Below are positions 37,296 to 45,530 of a stretch of 57,526 bases of DNA, piece after piece; within the stretch, counting starts at the first letter, position 1, and the number at the start of each line of letters is the position of its first letter. The notes under the pieces are model-generated. The model made no database searches. It worked only from the letters and a program-made list of their open reading frames with translations, and was not told the DNA's origin. Position numbers and translations under genes: made by a program. The DNA comes from Patescibacteria group bacterium (GTDB taxonomy: Bacteria > Patescibacteriota > Doudnabacteria > UBA920 > VMFF01). The stretch covers positions 1 to 57,526 of the forward strand of contig JBBTQQ010000002.1 of the NCBI GenBank assembly GCA_038065615.1, written 5' to 3'.

Positions 37296-37544
37296 CTAAC
37301 CTTCTGTATACACTTCTTCCAATTTCCACTGCAAACTTTTAGTATTAAAAGCTAATTTGAAAAAATTAGAATCATCAGAAACTGAAAAATAGTGGATAAG
37401 AGAAGAGCCATCATTCGCTTGATGGCGCATATTAATACTCTTAATTTTGTATACTCGCCCATTCCACTTTAAAAGCTTTGGCCAAACTAGGTTCTTTTTA
37501 AAGACAACCACAACGTCTACTAACTCATCTACTTCTGAAAGCAT
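37296..37544 (-). CDS. Hypothetical protein (82 aa) in the lexA-radC operon
   Basis: Clean ORF 15 nt upstream of radC and 4 nt downstream of the 59-aa ORF. No family recognised. Confidence 0.5.
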   Translation of the reverse strand: MLSEVDELVDVVVVFKKNLVWPKLLKWNGRVYKIKSINMRHQANDGSSLIHYFSVSDDSNFFKLAFNTKSLQWKLEEVYTEG

Positions 37545-37548
37545 ATAG

Positions 37549-37728
37549 TTATCTAAAAATTACGCCACGAAATTCATCATTTACAATCAAAGGAACTCCA
37601 CGAATCCCTGATATTTGTTCTGTAATCTTTCGCACTGGACAATCATGTTCAACACCATTAACACAATGTGCGCAAAGCCTTTGAATGTTCTTTATTATTA
37701 TATTTTTTGTTTTTTCTAACTCTGACAT
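37549..37728 (-). CDS. 59-aa Cys-containing small protein (below ORF-track cutoff)
   Basis: Hand translation gives MSELEKTKNIIIKNIQRLCAHCVNGVEHDCPVRKITEQISGIRGVPLIVNDEFRGVIFR. SD AGAGGGA lies 3 nt before the ATG. It sits 17 nt after the lexA stop. Confidence 0.5.
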   Translation of the reverse strand: MSELEKTKNIIIKNIQRLCAHCVNGVEHDCPVRKITEQISGIRGVPLIVNDEFRGVIFR

Positions 37729-37745
37729 ATATCCCTCTTAAATTA

Positions 37746-38360
37746 TTACTCTAAATTACGAATGACTCCGACCACTTTTCCTTGAACAGTCCACTCACTT
37801 TGCGGATAGATGTTCTTGTAACTATCATTCTCTGGTTTTAAATACACTCTGTTCTGTATTTTTATGAACCTTTTAACCGTTGCTTCATCTCTCAACAACG
37901 CCACCACTATGTCGTTATTCTTAACATCCTTTGTTGGCTTAACAATAACAAGATCTCCTTCTAAAATTCCCGCATTCTTCATGCTGTCACCTCTGACTCT
38001 TAGTAAAAACACATCTTGTCTGTTTCTAACTAATGTCTGGGGTAAATTAATCCAGTCTTCAATATGCTCTTCAGCAAGCATTGGCATACCAGCTTGGATA
38101 TTCCCTAAAATCGGAACTGAAAACATTCCTTTCTGAATTGATTTGCCAAGTGTTTCTAAAACCTTAATTCCTCTGGCTTTTCCTGAAATCTGAATATATT
38201 CTTTTTCTTCTAGTTGATCTAACAATTTAGAAACCGCGTTCTTTGACTTAACCTTTAAAAACACTGCCATCTCTGAAATTGAAGGCGGTAAACTATGCTC
38301 CCGTATTTCTGAAATAATGAAGTTTAAGAGACTGGCTTGTTTTTCTGTTAACTGGTCCAT
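37746..38360 (-). CDS. lexA: LexA repressor
   Basis: wHTH N-domain, Ala-Gly cleavage site (NIQAGMP), and S24 catalytic Ser (RGDSM) and Lys (ATVKRF). Start moved to MDQLTEKQ (38360) from the track's 38420. Confidence 0.9.
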   Translation of the reverse strand: MDQLTEKQASLLNFIISEIREHSLPPSISEMAVFLKVKSKNAVSKLLDQLEEKEYIQISGKARGIKVLETLGKSIQKGMFSVPILGNIQAGMPMLAEEHIEDWINLPQTLVRNRQDVFLLRVRGDSMKNAGILEGDLVIVKPTKDVKNNDIVVALLRDEATVKRFIKIQNRVYLKPENDSYKNIYPQSEWTVQGKVVGVIRNLE

Positions 38361-38401
38361 AATTTTTGGTTTGATCCCAGCCGGTTGGCTGGGATACATA
38401 T

Positions 38402-38430
38402 ATAGTAAACGAACGTTCACCTAGTGTCAA
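38402..38430 (-). promoter_or_regulatory. lexA promoter with embedded LexA-box-like dyad
   Basis: Minus strand: TTGACA (38425-38430), 17 nt, TACTAT (38402-38407). The spacer contains GAACGTTCGTTT (38407-38418), which matches GAAC-N4-GTTT against the Gram-positive Cheo-box core GAAC-N4-GTTC. Confidence 0.5.
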
Positions 38431-38483
38431 AATTAAAAATCCCTTTGAAAAACAAAGAGATTTAAAAACCCTGGTTAAGTTAT

Positions 38484-38515
38484 CCACAAAAAGACACTGC
38501 CTAAGCAGTATCTTT
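38484..38515 (-). terminator. Terminator after the zinc-ribbon micro-gene
   Basis: Minus strand AAAGATACTGC-TTAG-GCAGTGTCTTT (one mismatch), followed by TTTTTG. Confidence 0.6.
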
Positions 38516-38522
38516 ACAATAT

Positions 38523-38657
38523 TTAATCAGCCCCTTCGGCTTCCCCAGCGCATTCCTTGCACAATTCCTGCTGGGTTGTCGAACGGTTAGTTGGATTCAG
38601 ATGCCTGCCACATACAGCGCAGGTATCTTCTAAGTCCTCATCTTCGTAATCAACCAT
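38523..38657 (-). CDS. 44-aa zinc-ribbon-like micro-protein in GC-richer patch GC-3 (below ORF-track cutoff)
   Basis: Hand translation gives MVDYEDEDLEDTCAVCGRHLNPTNRSTTQQELCKECAGEAEGAD, with two CxxC pairs. SD AAGGGGG lies 5 nt before the ATG. Lines 38521-38640 count 53% and 48% G+C. Confidence 0.5.
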   Translation of the reverse strand: MVDYEDEDLEDTCAVCGRHLNPTNRSTTQQELCKECAGEAEGAD

Positions 38658-38687
38658 ACTTACCCCCTTGCCCCTCCCGGGTCTTAG

Positions 38688-38930
38688 TTATTTTTTAGAT
38701 AAGAGGAAGTTAATAATGTTAACCACAGACTCCCAGATATTCTTCAAAATCGGTAACGAAGCTGGCAGTAAAACCACCAAAACTATGATATAAACAAACT
38801 CTTTTTGAATTACCTTAATTATTCCGTAAACCAACAGAATAGCCAGTAAAAACGAAACTATTGGATGTAGGCTTGTTGGAAAATAATTAAGAAACTGTGT
38901 GTATATCTTAAATATGCTATCCATACCCAA
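38688..38930 (-). CDS. Hypothetical small membrane protein (80 aa, 2 TM)
   Basis: ORF with two hydrophobic spans. The zinc-ribbon ORF follows 30 nt downstream. Confidence 0.5.
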   Translation of the reverse strand: MGMDSIFKIYTQFLNYFPTSLHPIVSFLLAILLVYGIIKVIQKEFVYIIVLVVLLPASLPILKNIWESVVNIINFLLSKK

Positions 38931-38941
38931 AGTATATCAAA

Positions 38942-39502
38942 TTAAGCTATTTTTTCCAAAATAATAGAATGTCGGTTATCAAACACGTCTTTCATAAAGC
39001 GGTCAAAGATGTTTTTCCTGTACTGGTATTCAGAAGAGTCAAACAAAGCATAATTAACTTCTCCACCAACCATATCCTCAACCTTAGATATCAGATTGTC
39101 TAAGCTTCTTTGAGAAACAGGACCAGCAAGCAACAAATCACATGTAGCATTCAAATCTCCGACAAACAAACCTGACAAAACCGCAACCTTCAGCCCCTTA
39201 ACCTTTAAAATTGCTTTTTCCAATGGATCAGTTATTTGTTTAGTCTTAATTCTCTGCTTTGAAATGATACTTTTAAAATCAGCGATCAAAGAACTCTTAG
39301 AATTCAAGATGTAAAACTTTGAAGACTTCTTAGAAAAGCTTTTTAAAAATCCTACTTTAACAAGATCATTCAAATGCGGACTCAGATTCCTGCTATGAAG
39401 TATCTTTTCTAATTCACGGACATTAAAACCACGTTCTTGATGGTTCAAGAAAAATATAATGGCTTTTGCCTTAACTTTGTTCTCTAAAAAATTGGCTACC
39501 AT
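38942..39502 (-). CDS. Hypothetical protein with N-terminal winged-helix (ArsR-like) region
   Basis: The pattern FNVRELEKILHSRNLSPHLNDLVKVGFL resembles a wHTH. The C-terminal half is unassigned. Confidence 0.4.
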   Translation of the reverse strand: MVANFLENKVKAKAIIFFLNHQERGFNVRELEKILHSRNLSPHLNDLVKVGFLKSFSKKSSKFYILNSKSSLIADFKSIISKQRIKTKQITDPLEKAILKVKGLKVAVLSGLFVGDLNATCDLLLAGPVSQRSLDNLISKVEDMVGGEVNYALFDSSEYQYRKNIFDRFMKDVFDNRHSIILEKIA

Positions 39503-39587
39503 ACTGATCTAAAAATTATATCACAGCCCTGCTCTTAATTGAATTTTAGCACTTTTTGTGCTATTTTTATACAGGTAAGAAAACAGA

Positions 39588-41552
39588 ATGAGCGCTCTAG
39601 AAACACAAGTCGGACAGATATTCATAAGTGATAAAAGGCTTTCAAAAAGCTTTGTTTCTTTGCTGTCAGAAAAAGTTCCAGAAACTAACGCTGAAATATA
39701 CTCCCTAATTGAACTACCAGTGGCAGGAGCTACTGCATGGAACGAATACGAACGACTTTCCAAGCTCATCCAGACAATCCTTAGAAAAAACTTCAGAAGT
39801 GAAAACATCAACTCCTTTGAAAACTCAATAGCACAAATAAACGACGAATTTGCAAAACTAGCTGCATCAGGACAAACATCCTGGGTTGGAAAATTAAACG
39901 CCTGTCTCGCTGTTAGGCAAAACTCTGACCTTTATGTAGCAACCAGCGGTAAAATCCACGCTTTCCTTTTAAGGGAACGACAACTTTCAGACATAGCAGA
40001 TTCCCCTGCTAAACCAAACCCTTTAAAAACCTTTGAAAACTTTGCCTTGGGCAAAGTTATTAAAAAGGATTTTTTAATTTTCAGCACAACCCAGCTATTC
40101 AACTACATCTCCATTGAACGTTTTAAAGACATCATCAGCTCAGCATCACTTGCTGCTGCTTGTCAAACAATCGCGGAAATAATCAAAAACTTAGCTGATG
40201 ACAGCATTGCTTTTGGAACATTCATTCTAGAACTAGGCACTACTAGCGAATTTGGTGGTGAACAAATAATAAACCTTTCTCCAATCCGAGAAAACACTTC
40301 TCTAAAAAAATTCAGTAATGTGACATCAACTAGTTTCATCATGGCTATAAATGGTTCTAAGAAAATCATCTCTAAACTAAGAAGCATTAATTTAAGAGAC
40401 GTTGATCTAAATAACTTTAGACCAGTAAACATCAGAAACAGAGTTTCTGAAAAAGCAAGACAGTTCTCTGAAATGAAAAGAATAAAAGAACTGCCAAGGG
40501 CAAAAAAGTTCTTCCTTTTTTCCTCAATCATCTTTGGCATCATCCTCATAGTCAACATTTTTGTTGCAATCCATGTCCACAACAAAAACAGTGCAAACAC
40601 AAAATATTCTTTAATGCTAGATGACGTTCAAAGCAAACTAAACCAAAGCGCGTTTGCGTATTCTGATCAATCAAAAGCATTAAGTTTACTTGCTGATGCA
40701 AAAACAGAACTAGCATCAATCCCAGACAAGGGTTTCAAAGAACAAAAAGACACACTATCTTCTCAAATCATTGAACTACAAAACAACATTGGTGGATTAA
40801 AAACAATAGATCCAAAGGAACTTACAACATACAAAGAAGCAAACTTTGACCGGATACGATTTAATAACGGAGGTCTTTGGTTAATAAACTCAAGTGGTAA
40901 TTCAATGATCCAGTATGATTTAAAAAACAAAGCTTTTGGTTCTGTGTTTAGTATTTCTAACTCAACCCAAAACGCAAGCGCATCATTTGAACAAAACCTC
41001 TACTATTCAAACAAAGATGGTGATCTTTTCTTAATAGACCAAACAAACAAAGCAAGCGTTCAACAAGCTGGTAGACTAGCATCTAACACAACAGGACTTG
41101 TCCTTTACGGCTCACCTGCTAAAGCATATGCCTTAGACAAAGCAAAAAACGCCATATCCTCTGTCACAGTTGATGCCCAAGCTCCTGCAACAAACTACTT
41201 CAAACAAAGCGTAAACCTCTCTGATGCTCAAGATCTTGCCATAGACGGCTCTGTATACATCTTAACCAAGACAAGCGTCCTAAAGTTCACCAGTGGCCTC
41301 CAAAAGCCATTTAGCGCTTCAGGCTTAAGCTTTAGCGATAACTCAAAGATTCTAGCATCCAAAGCTTGGAACTACATCTATGTGCTTGATTCTGGAAACC
41401 ACAAAGTAATAGTCTACGACAAAACCGGCAAACTAAAAGCACAGTACGACTCTTCAAAGTTTAACGACTTAAAAGACTTTACCATTGATGACTCTGGGAA
41501 AAATGCTTACATCTTAAACAACCAAACAGTCTATCAAATCAGCGTACCATAA
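39588..41552 (+). CDS. Hypothetical single-pass membrane protein; C-terminal beta-propeller-like repeats
   Basis: 654 aa with a TM near residues 305-330 (FFLFSSIIFGIILIVNIFVAI). C-terminal NHL-like repeat YVLDSGNHKVIVYDKTGK. The N-terminal 300 aa is vaguely PP2C/SpoIIE-like (weak). Confidence 0.5.
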   Translation: MSALETQVGQIFISDKRLSKSFVSLLSEKVPETNAEIYSLIELPVAGATAWNEYERLSKLIQTILRKNFRSENINSFENSIAQINDEFAKLAASGQTSWVGKLNACLAVRQNSDLYVATSGKIHAFLLRERQLSDIADSPAKPNPLKTFENFALGKVIKKDFLIFSTTQLFNYISIERFKDIISSASLAAACQTIAEIIKNLADDSIAFGTFILELGTTSEFGGEQIINLSPIRENTSLKKFSNVTSTSFIMAINGSKKIISKLRSINLRDVDLNNFRPVNIRNRVSEKARQFSEMKRIKELPRAKKFFLFSSIIFGIILIVNIFVAIHVHNKNSANTKYSLMLDDVQSKLNQSAFAYSDQSKALSLLADAKTELASIPDKGFKEQKDTLSSQIIELQNNIGGLKTIDPKELTTYKEANFDRIRFNNGGLWLINSSGNSMIQYDLKNKAFGSVFSISNSTQNASASFEQNLYYSNKDGDLFLIDQTNKASVQQAGRLASNTTGLVLYGSPAKAYALDKAKNAISSVTVDAQAPATNYFKQSVNLSDAQDLAIDGSVYILTKTSVLKFTSGLQKPFSASGLSFSDNSKILASKAWNYIYVLDSGNHKVIVYDKTGKLKAQYDSSKFNDLKDFTIDDSGKNAYILNNQTVYQISVP

Positions 41553-42042
41553 CTTCAGCTGACAAATGTTTTAACGCCCGATTAATTCTTTGTTTAACAG
41601 AACTAATCGGCGTTTTTGTTTTCTTTGCAATCTGCTCCGCGCTTAAACCTTGAAAATACACAAATTCTAAAATCTCCCGATCAATATCTTTTAAACTAGC
41701 CAGAGCGCGTTTAATACTCTGGCGCTCAAAAACCAACTCAGGATTCTCTTGGTTGTAATACGCAAATAGCTGTACGTCAGAAACAGCGTTCAAAGGCTCA
41801 AAGAAGTTATACTTCCATCTTTTAGCTGTGTTTATCCCGATCGCAAACAACCAAGCCTTAAAGCTTCTAGTCTGATCAAACTTTTCAAACTTTATATATG
41901 CTTTAACAAAAGTCTCTTGAACAATATCCTCAACATTCTCCTTGTCAAAACTAAAACGAGAAACAAGAAAATTACGCAAAGACTTACTATGCTGACGCAT
42001 TAAAGACTCAAACTGTTTTTCTTTAGATAACATAAAAAGCAC
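41539..42042 (-). CDS. RNA polymerase sigma factor, ECF (sigma-70 group 4) type
   Basis: Region 2 VEDIVQETFVKAY and region 4 HTH LSAEQIAKKTKTPISSVKQRINRALKHL. The exact start among the N-terminal Met codons is uncertain. Confidence 0.8.
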   Translation of the reverse strand: MLFMLSKEKQFESLMRQHSKSLRNFLVSRFSFDKENVEDIVQETFVKAYIKFEKFDQTRSFKAWLFAIGINTAKRWKYNFFEPLNAVSDVQLFAYYNQENPELVFERQSIKRALASLKDIDREILEFVYFQGLSAEQIAKKTKTPISSVKQRINRALKHLSAEVMVR

Positions 42043-42101
42043 TTAATAATCTAAGTGCTCTTTATTCTACTCCTAAGAGATTAAGAAATTCTTAACTTAG
42101 G

Positions 42102-42476
42102 TTATTTCAATGTTACTTTACCACCTGCATCTTCCAATTTCTTCTTCATTTCTTCAGCTTCTGCTTTAGCAACATTTTCCTTAACTGCTTTTGGCGCGCC
42201 ATCTACCAAGTCCTTAGCTTCTTTTAAGCCAACTCCTGTGATTTCGCGAACTACTTTAATGACGCCAATCTTGTTTGCGCCACTTTCAGTTAATTCAACT
42301 GTAAATTCTGACTTTTCTTCTGAAGCTACAACTGCTGCTGGTGCTACTCCACCCATCATTACTGGAGCTGCTGCTGAAACGCCGAACTTCTCTTCTAAAG
42401 CTTTAACAAGCTCTGAAAGTTCTAAGACGCTCAATTTTTCAATTTCGGAGATAATACTTTGAAATTTCTCTGACAT
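42102..42476 (-). CDS. rplL: 50S ribosomal protein L7/L12
   Basis: [23 protein letters not shown], an Ala-rich hinge, and C-terminal [23 protein letters not shown]. Confidence 0.95.
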   Translation of the reverse strand: MSEKFQSIISEIEKLSVLELSELVKALEEKFGVSAAAPVMMGGVAPAAVVASEEKSEFTVELTESGANKIGVIKVVREITGVGLKEAKDLVDGAPKAVKENVAKAEAEEMKKKLEDAGGKVTLK

Positions 42477-42492
42477 GATTGTCCTTTCTTAA

Positions 42493-43014
42493 TTATTGTT
42501 TACTTACTTGAATTGCATTAACAACATACACAAGCTTGCGTAGATTACCTGCCAAAACATTAACAAAGCCTGAAACAGGAGCATTGATTGTACCAACAAC
42601 CATGCCCAATAATTCATGCTTGCTTGGTAATGCTGCCAAGGCGCCAACTTCTGCTGAGGTGATTACTTTGTTATTCATCACACCCAATAAAATCTGGACA
42701 TTCTTGTTTTCTTTAGCAAAAGCGCTTAAAACGCGAGCTGGACCAACTTCGTCTTCTTTAGATACAGCAATGGCAACTGGTGCCTTAAAATCCATCGCAG
42801 AAATATCAACACCATGCTTTTGCAAAGCTTTCTTAATCAAAGAAATCTTCGCAACCTTAGCAAAAATGTTTTCCTTACGCAATGAACGACGCAACTGCTC
42901 AATTTTCTTAACAGTTGTGCCTCTGTAATCAGCAAAGACAATTGCTTTAGCATTTTCAAACTGATTTTCTAAATCAGTTAAAATCTGCTCTTTTTCTTTT
43001 CTTGTAACAGCCAT
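42493..43014 (-). CDS. rplJ: 50S ribosomal protein L10
   Basis: 173 aa immediately upstream of rplL. N-terminal KEKEQILTDLENQFENAKAIVFADYRGTTV is typical of L10. Confidence 0.9.
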   Translation of the reverse strand: MAVTRKEKEQILTDLENQFENAKAIVFADYRGTTVKKIEQLRRSLRKENIFAKVAKISLIKKALQKHGVDISAMDFKAPVAIAVSKEDEVGPARVLSAFAKENKNVQILLGVMNNKVITSAEVGALAALPSKHELLGMVVGTINAPVSGFVNVLAGNLRKLVYVVNAIQVSKQ

Positions 43015-43200
43015 GAGGTTTTTCCTTTATGACTTATATCTGAATAGACCGACCGGTATTCCTGTTAAAAAATAAATCTCGGTTATTAACCGAGTGAAAT
43101 TAGCACTTAAGATGATCTTGAAATGCTTTTCCTCGGTAGGCTTACTGCTCTCACAGATTATGCCCTAAAAGGGCGCCGACTTTCTTTGGAATATTCTATT
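43015..43200 (-). promoter_or_regulatory. Structured rplJ 5' leader with attenuator-like hairpin (possible L10 leader)
   Basis: About 190-nt untranslated leader. On the minus strand it ends in CTCGGTTAATAACCGAG followed by ATTTATTTTTT (plus 43066-43094), about 50 nt before the rplJ ATG. Assignment to the L10 leader class is by position and analogy only. Confidence 0.4.
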
Positions 43201-43207
43201 CACCAAC

Positions 43208-43236
43208 AATATACCAGAAACAATAAAAACAGTCAA
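43208..43236 (-). promoter_or_regulatory. Candidate sigma70-like promoter for rplJ-rplL
   Basis: Minus strand: TTGACT (43231-43236), 17 nt, TATATT (43208-43213). Confidence 0.45.
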
Positions 43237-43327
43237 CAAAACTGTTTTTAATTCTAATCTGAAGTGCAACCGCCAACCGAACAAGCGATTTTTATCTTTG
43301 TTTGATAAACTTTTTGTTTATCTAAAC

Positions 43328-43792
43328 TTATCTTGCAATTTCTTTTAGTAATCTTGCATTTTGTAAAGCAGCCTCGACTGCCGCACCGCCAACGCTTGTC
43401 CGTGCTTGGGCTTGTTTAATATTGTCGGTCGTAAGTATCCCAAAACCGACTGGAATGCCAAAATTAAGCATAATTTTAAGTATCCCTTCTGAAACTATTT
43501 TAGCCACGTAGTCAAAATGAGGAGTTTCTCCTCGCACTACAGCACCTATAGCAACCAGACAATCATATTGTTTGTTCTCTGCTAAACCTTTTAGAATAAC
43601 CGGAATCTCGACGCAACCTGCGACTCGATAAATTTTAATCAAACTATCTTGGAGCTTGTAAGTCTTAAACATTTTTAGGGCACCCTCTAGTAAACGCTCG
43701 GTAACCTCCCTGTTAAACTGCGATACCACGATGGCGACTCGATAATCGCTAGCATTAAATTTTTCAAACTGGACTTGTTCAGCATTGTGCAT
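43328..43792 (-). CDS. ribH: 6,7-dimethyl-8-ribityllumazine synthase (B. subtilis nomenclature ribH)
   Basis: 154 aa. RVAIVVSQFNREVTERLLEGAL and VAGCVEIPV are typical of lumazine synthase. Confidence 0.9.
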   Translation of the reverse strand: MHNAEQVQFEKFNASDYRVAIVVSQFNREVTERLLEGALKMFKTYKLQDSLIKIYRVAGCVEIPVILKGLAENKQYDCLVAIGAVVRGETPHFDYVAKIVSEGILKIMLNFGIPVGFGILTTDNIKQAQARTSVGGAAVEAALQNARLLKEIAR

Positions 43793-43793
43793 A

Positions 43794-44378
43794 TTATTTT
43801 TTTAAAATTAGTGTTTTTAAATATTTTGCAAGCATATCAAACTCTAAATTAACCATATCCCCCGGCTGTTTACTGCCTAAGGTCGTATGACTTAAGGTAT
43901 AGTCCACCAGTGAGACGCTAAAGCATTGTTTAGAAACCGAGACAATAGTTAGGCTGATCCCGTCCACGGCTATTGAACCTTTCTCCGTAACCAGTTTCCT
44001 AAATTTACGAGGAAAACTAATTTTATAGATTTTCGCACGTCCTGCTGGTTTAACCGTTTCAATTTTTCCAAACGCATCTACGTGGCCAAACACAAAATGC
44101 CCATCCATTCTGTCCGACAAACGTAAGGACTGTTCTAAATTCAACTCTTTAGGAACGATCTTGCTGAAATAAGTTTTTTTTAATGTTTCTGGCATCAATT
44201 CGGTTATATAACTATTTTTATTAACTTTCTTAACGGTCAAACATACGCCATCCGTGGCTATTGAATCACCTGATTTAATTACCCAGTCCTTTGGCGTTGC
44301 AATGGTCAAAAATAAGTTTCCATCCTTACTTTCAACTTTTTTAACTAGGGCTTTGGCTTTAATTATTCCGGTAAACAT
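43794..44378 (-). CDS. ribE: Riboflavin synthase alpha chain (B. subtilis nomenclature ribE)
   Basis: MFTGIIKA N-terminus, and duplicated lumazine-binding halves (GDSIATDGVCLTV / GSIAVDGISLTI). Confidence 0.9.
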   Translation of the reverse strand: MFTGIIKAKALVKKVESKDGNLFLTIATPKDWVIKSGDSIATDGVCLTVKKVNKNSYITELMPETLKKTYFSKIVPKELNLEQSLRLSDRMDGHFVFGHVDAFGKIETVKPAGRAKIYKISFPRKFRKLVTEKGSIAVDGISLTIVSVSKQCFSVSLVDYTLSHTTLGSKQPGDMVNLEFDMLAKYLKTLILKK

Positions 44379-44415
44379 ATGGGTGGTTTAATTGTGTACA
44401 GTTAAACAAACAAAA

Positions 44416-45270
44416 CTATTTCAAATATTTTCGTTTGTTAATATTATGCTCATCCAAAGTTTTGGCATAAACTGCTGTACCGTCTTTCATAGTTAAGAAA
44501 TACAAGTAATCTGTTTTCTTGTAATATATCGCGGCTTTAATTGCAGACAAAGACGGATTAGAAATTGGTCCAGGAGGTAAACCACGATACTTGTAAGTGT
44601 TGTATGGTGAATCAATTAATAAATCAGCAGAACTTGTTTGCGGGTTATTTTTCTTTGTAATATATCCAATCGTAGCATCACTTTGCAAAGCCATGTTAAT
44701 TCTCAAGCGATTCATAAATATCCCGGCAACTGTTTCTCTTTCTTCTTGAAGTGCCTGTAAATCTTCAGAAGAAACCTTTGAAGTATTTCTCCCAACTTCT
44801 TTTTCAATAATTGAAGCTAAAGTTAAAACCTCATAAATACTTCTATCTTGTTTAGCAATATCAACTCGCATCTGTGTTGTCATCTTTCCTTCCAGGTTAT
44901 CCATCATTTTTTTAACAACGCTTGATGCTGTTGGTTTAGAAGCTATGAAATATGTATCAGGAAAAAGATAACCTTCTAAAGAACTAGGCTTTGATTTTAA
45001 ATCTTTAAGCTCTCCAAGAAAATCATAGTCAGTTAAAACAACTTTTAATTCTGCATTAAAATCTTTCTCAGTAACTAAACCGCGTTTATCTAAATCAGAA
45101 GCAATGTCAGAAACAGTCCAACCCTCAACAGCACGCCAAGAGACCTGTGACGCTTTCATATTTGCAAGCTGTTCTCTTCTTGTTTCCCTATCTGACAGCA
45201 ACTTTGCTCCCACCAAAGCCAAACCAATGGCTGAAAGTATAAAGATGGCTCCAAAAATCTTGTATTTCAT
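44416..45270 (-). CDS. mltG: Endolytic murein transglycosylase MltG (YceG-like)
   Basis: N-terminal TM. LASIIEKE and the C-terminal SPYNTYKYRGLPPGPISNP motif are typical of MltG. Confidence 0.85.
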   Translation of the reverse strand: MKYKIFGAIFILSAIGLALVGAKLLSDRETRREQLANMKASQVSWRAVEGWTVSDIASDLDKRGLVTEKDFNAELKVVLTDYDFLGELKDLKSKPSSLEGYLFPDTYFIASKPTASSVVKKMMDNLEGKMTTQMRVDIAKQDRSIYEVLTLASIIEKEVGRNTSKVSSEDLQALQEERETVAGIFMNRLRINMALQSDATIGYITKKNNPQTSSADLLIDSPYNTYKYRGLPPGPISNPSLSAIKAAIYYKKTDYLYFLTMKDGTAVYAKTLDEHNINKRKYLK

Positions 45271-45465
45271 ATATCCATACTTTAACAGACAGCAAAGGTA
45301 TTTACAAAATGCAAAATATCTGATATACTTAGTTTAATAAAGATCGAATTGAAACAAAAACAAAGAAAAACTAAATATACACACTGATTCTCTAGAAAAG
45401 GAATTATTTTTTCTGTCTGATAATGTTAATCCCCTAACCTTAGACAACTAAATATGTAGGCTCCA

Positions 45466-45499
45466 AAACAACAACCCCGCTAAATCGGGGTTGTTGTTT
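45466..45499 (-). terminator. Rho-independent terminator after the 45531-46226 gene
   Basis: 14-bp stem AAACAACAACCCCG / CGGGGTTGTTGTTT with a 6-nt loop. Confidence 0.7.
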
Positions 45500-45530
45500 A
45501 ATATTCCCACCAAAGGGATTTTTGTTTTAG

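Noticed and set aside
44379-44415. Possible FMN riboswitch upstream of ribE
   Set aside because: Only 37 nt separate ribE from the mltG stop, which is far too short for an FMN element.
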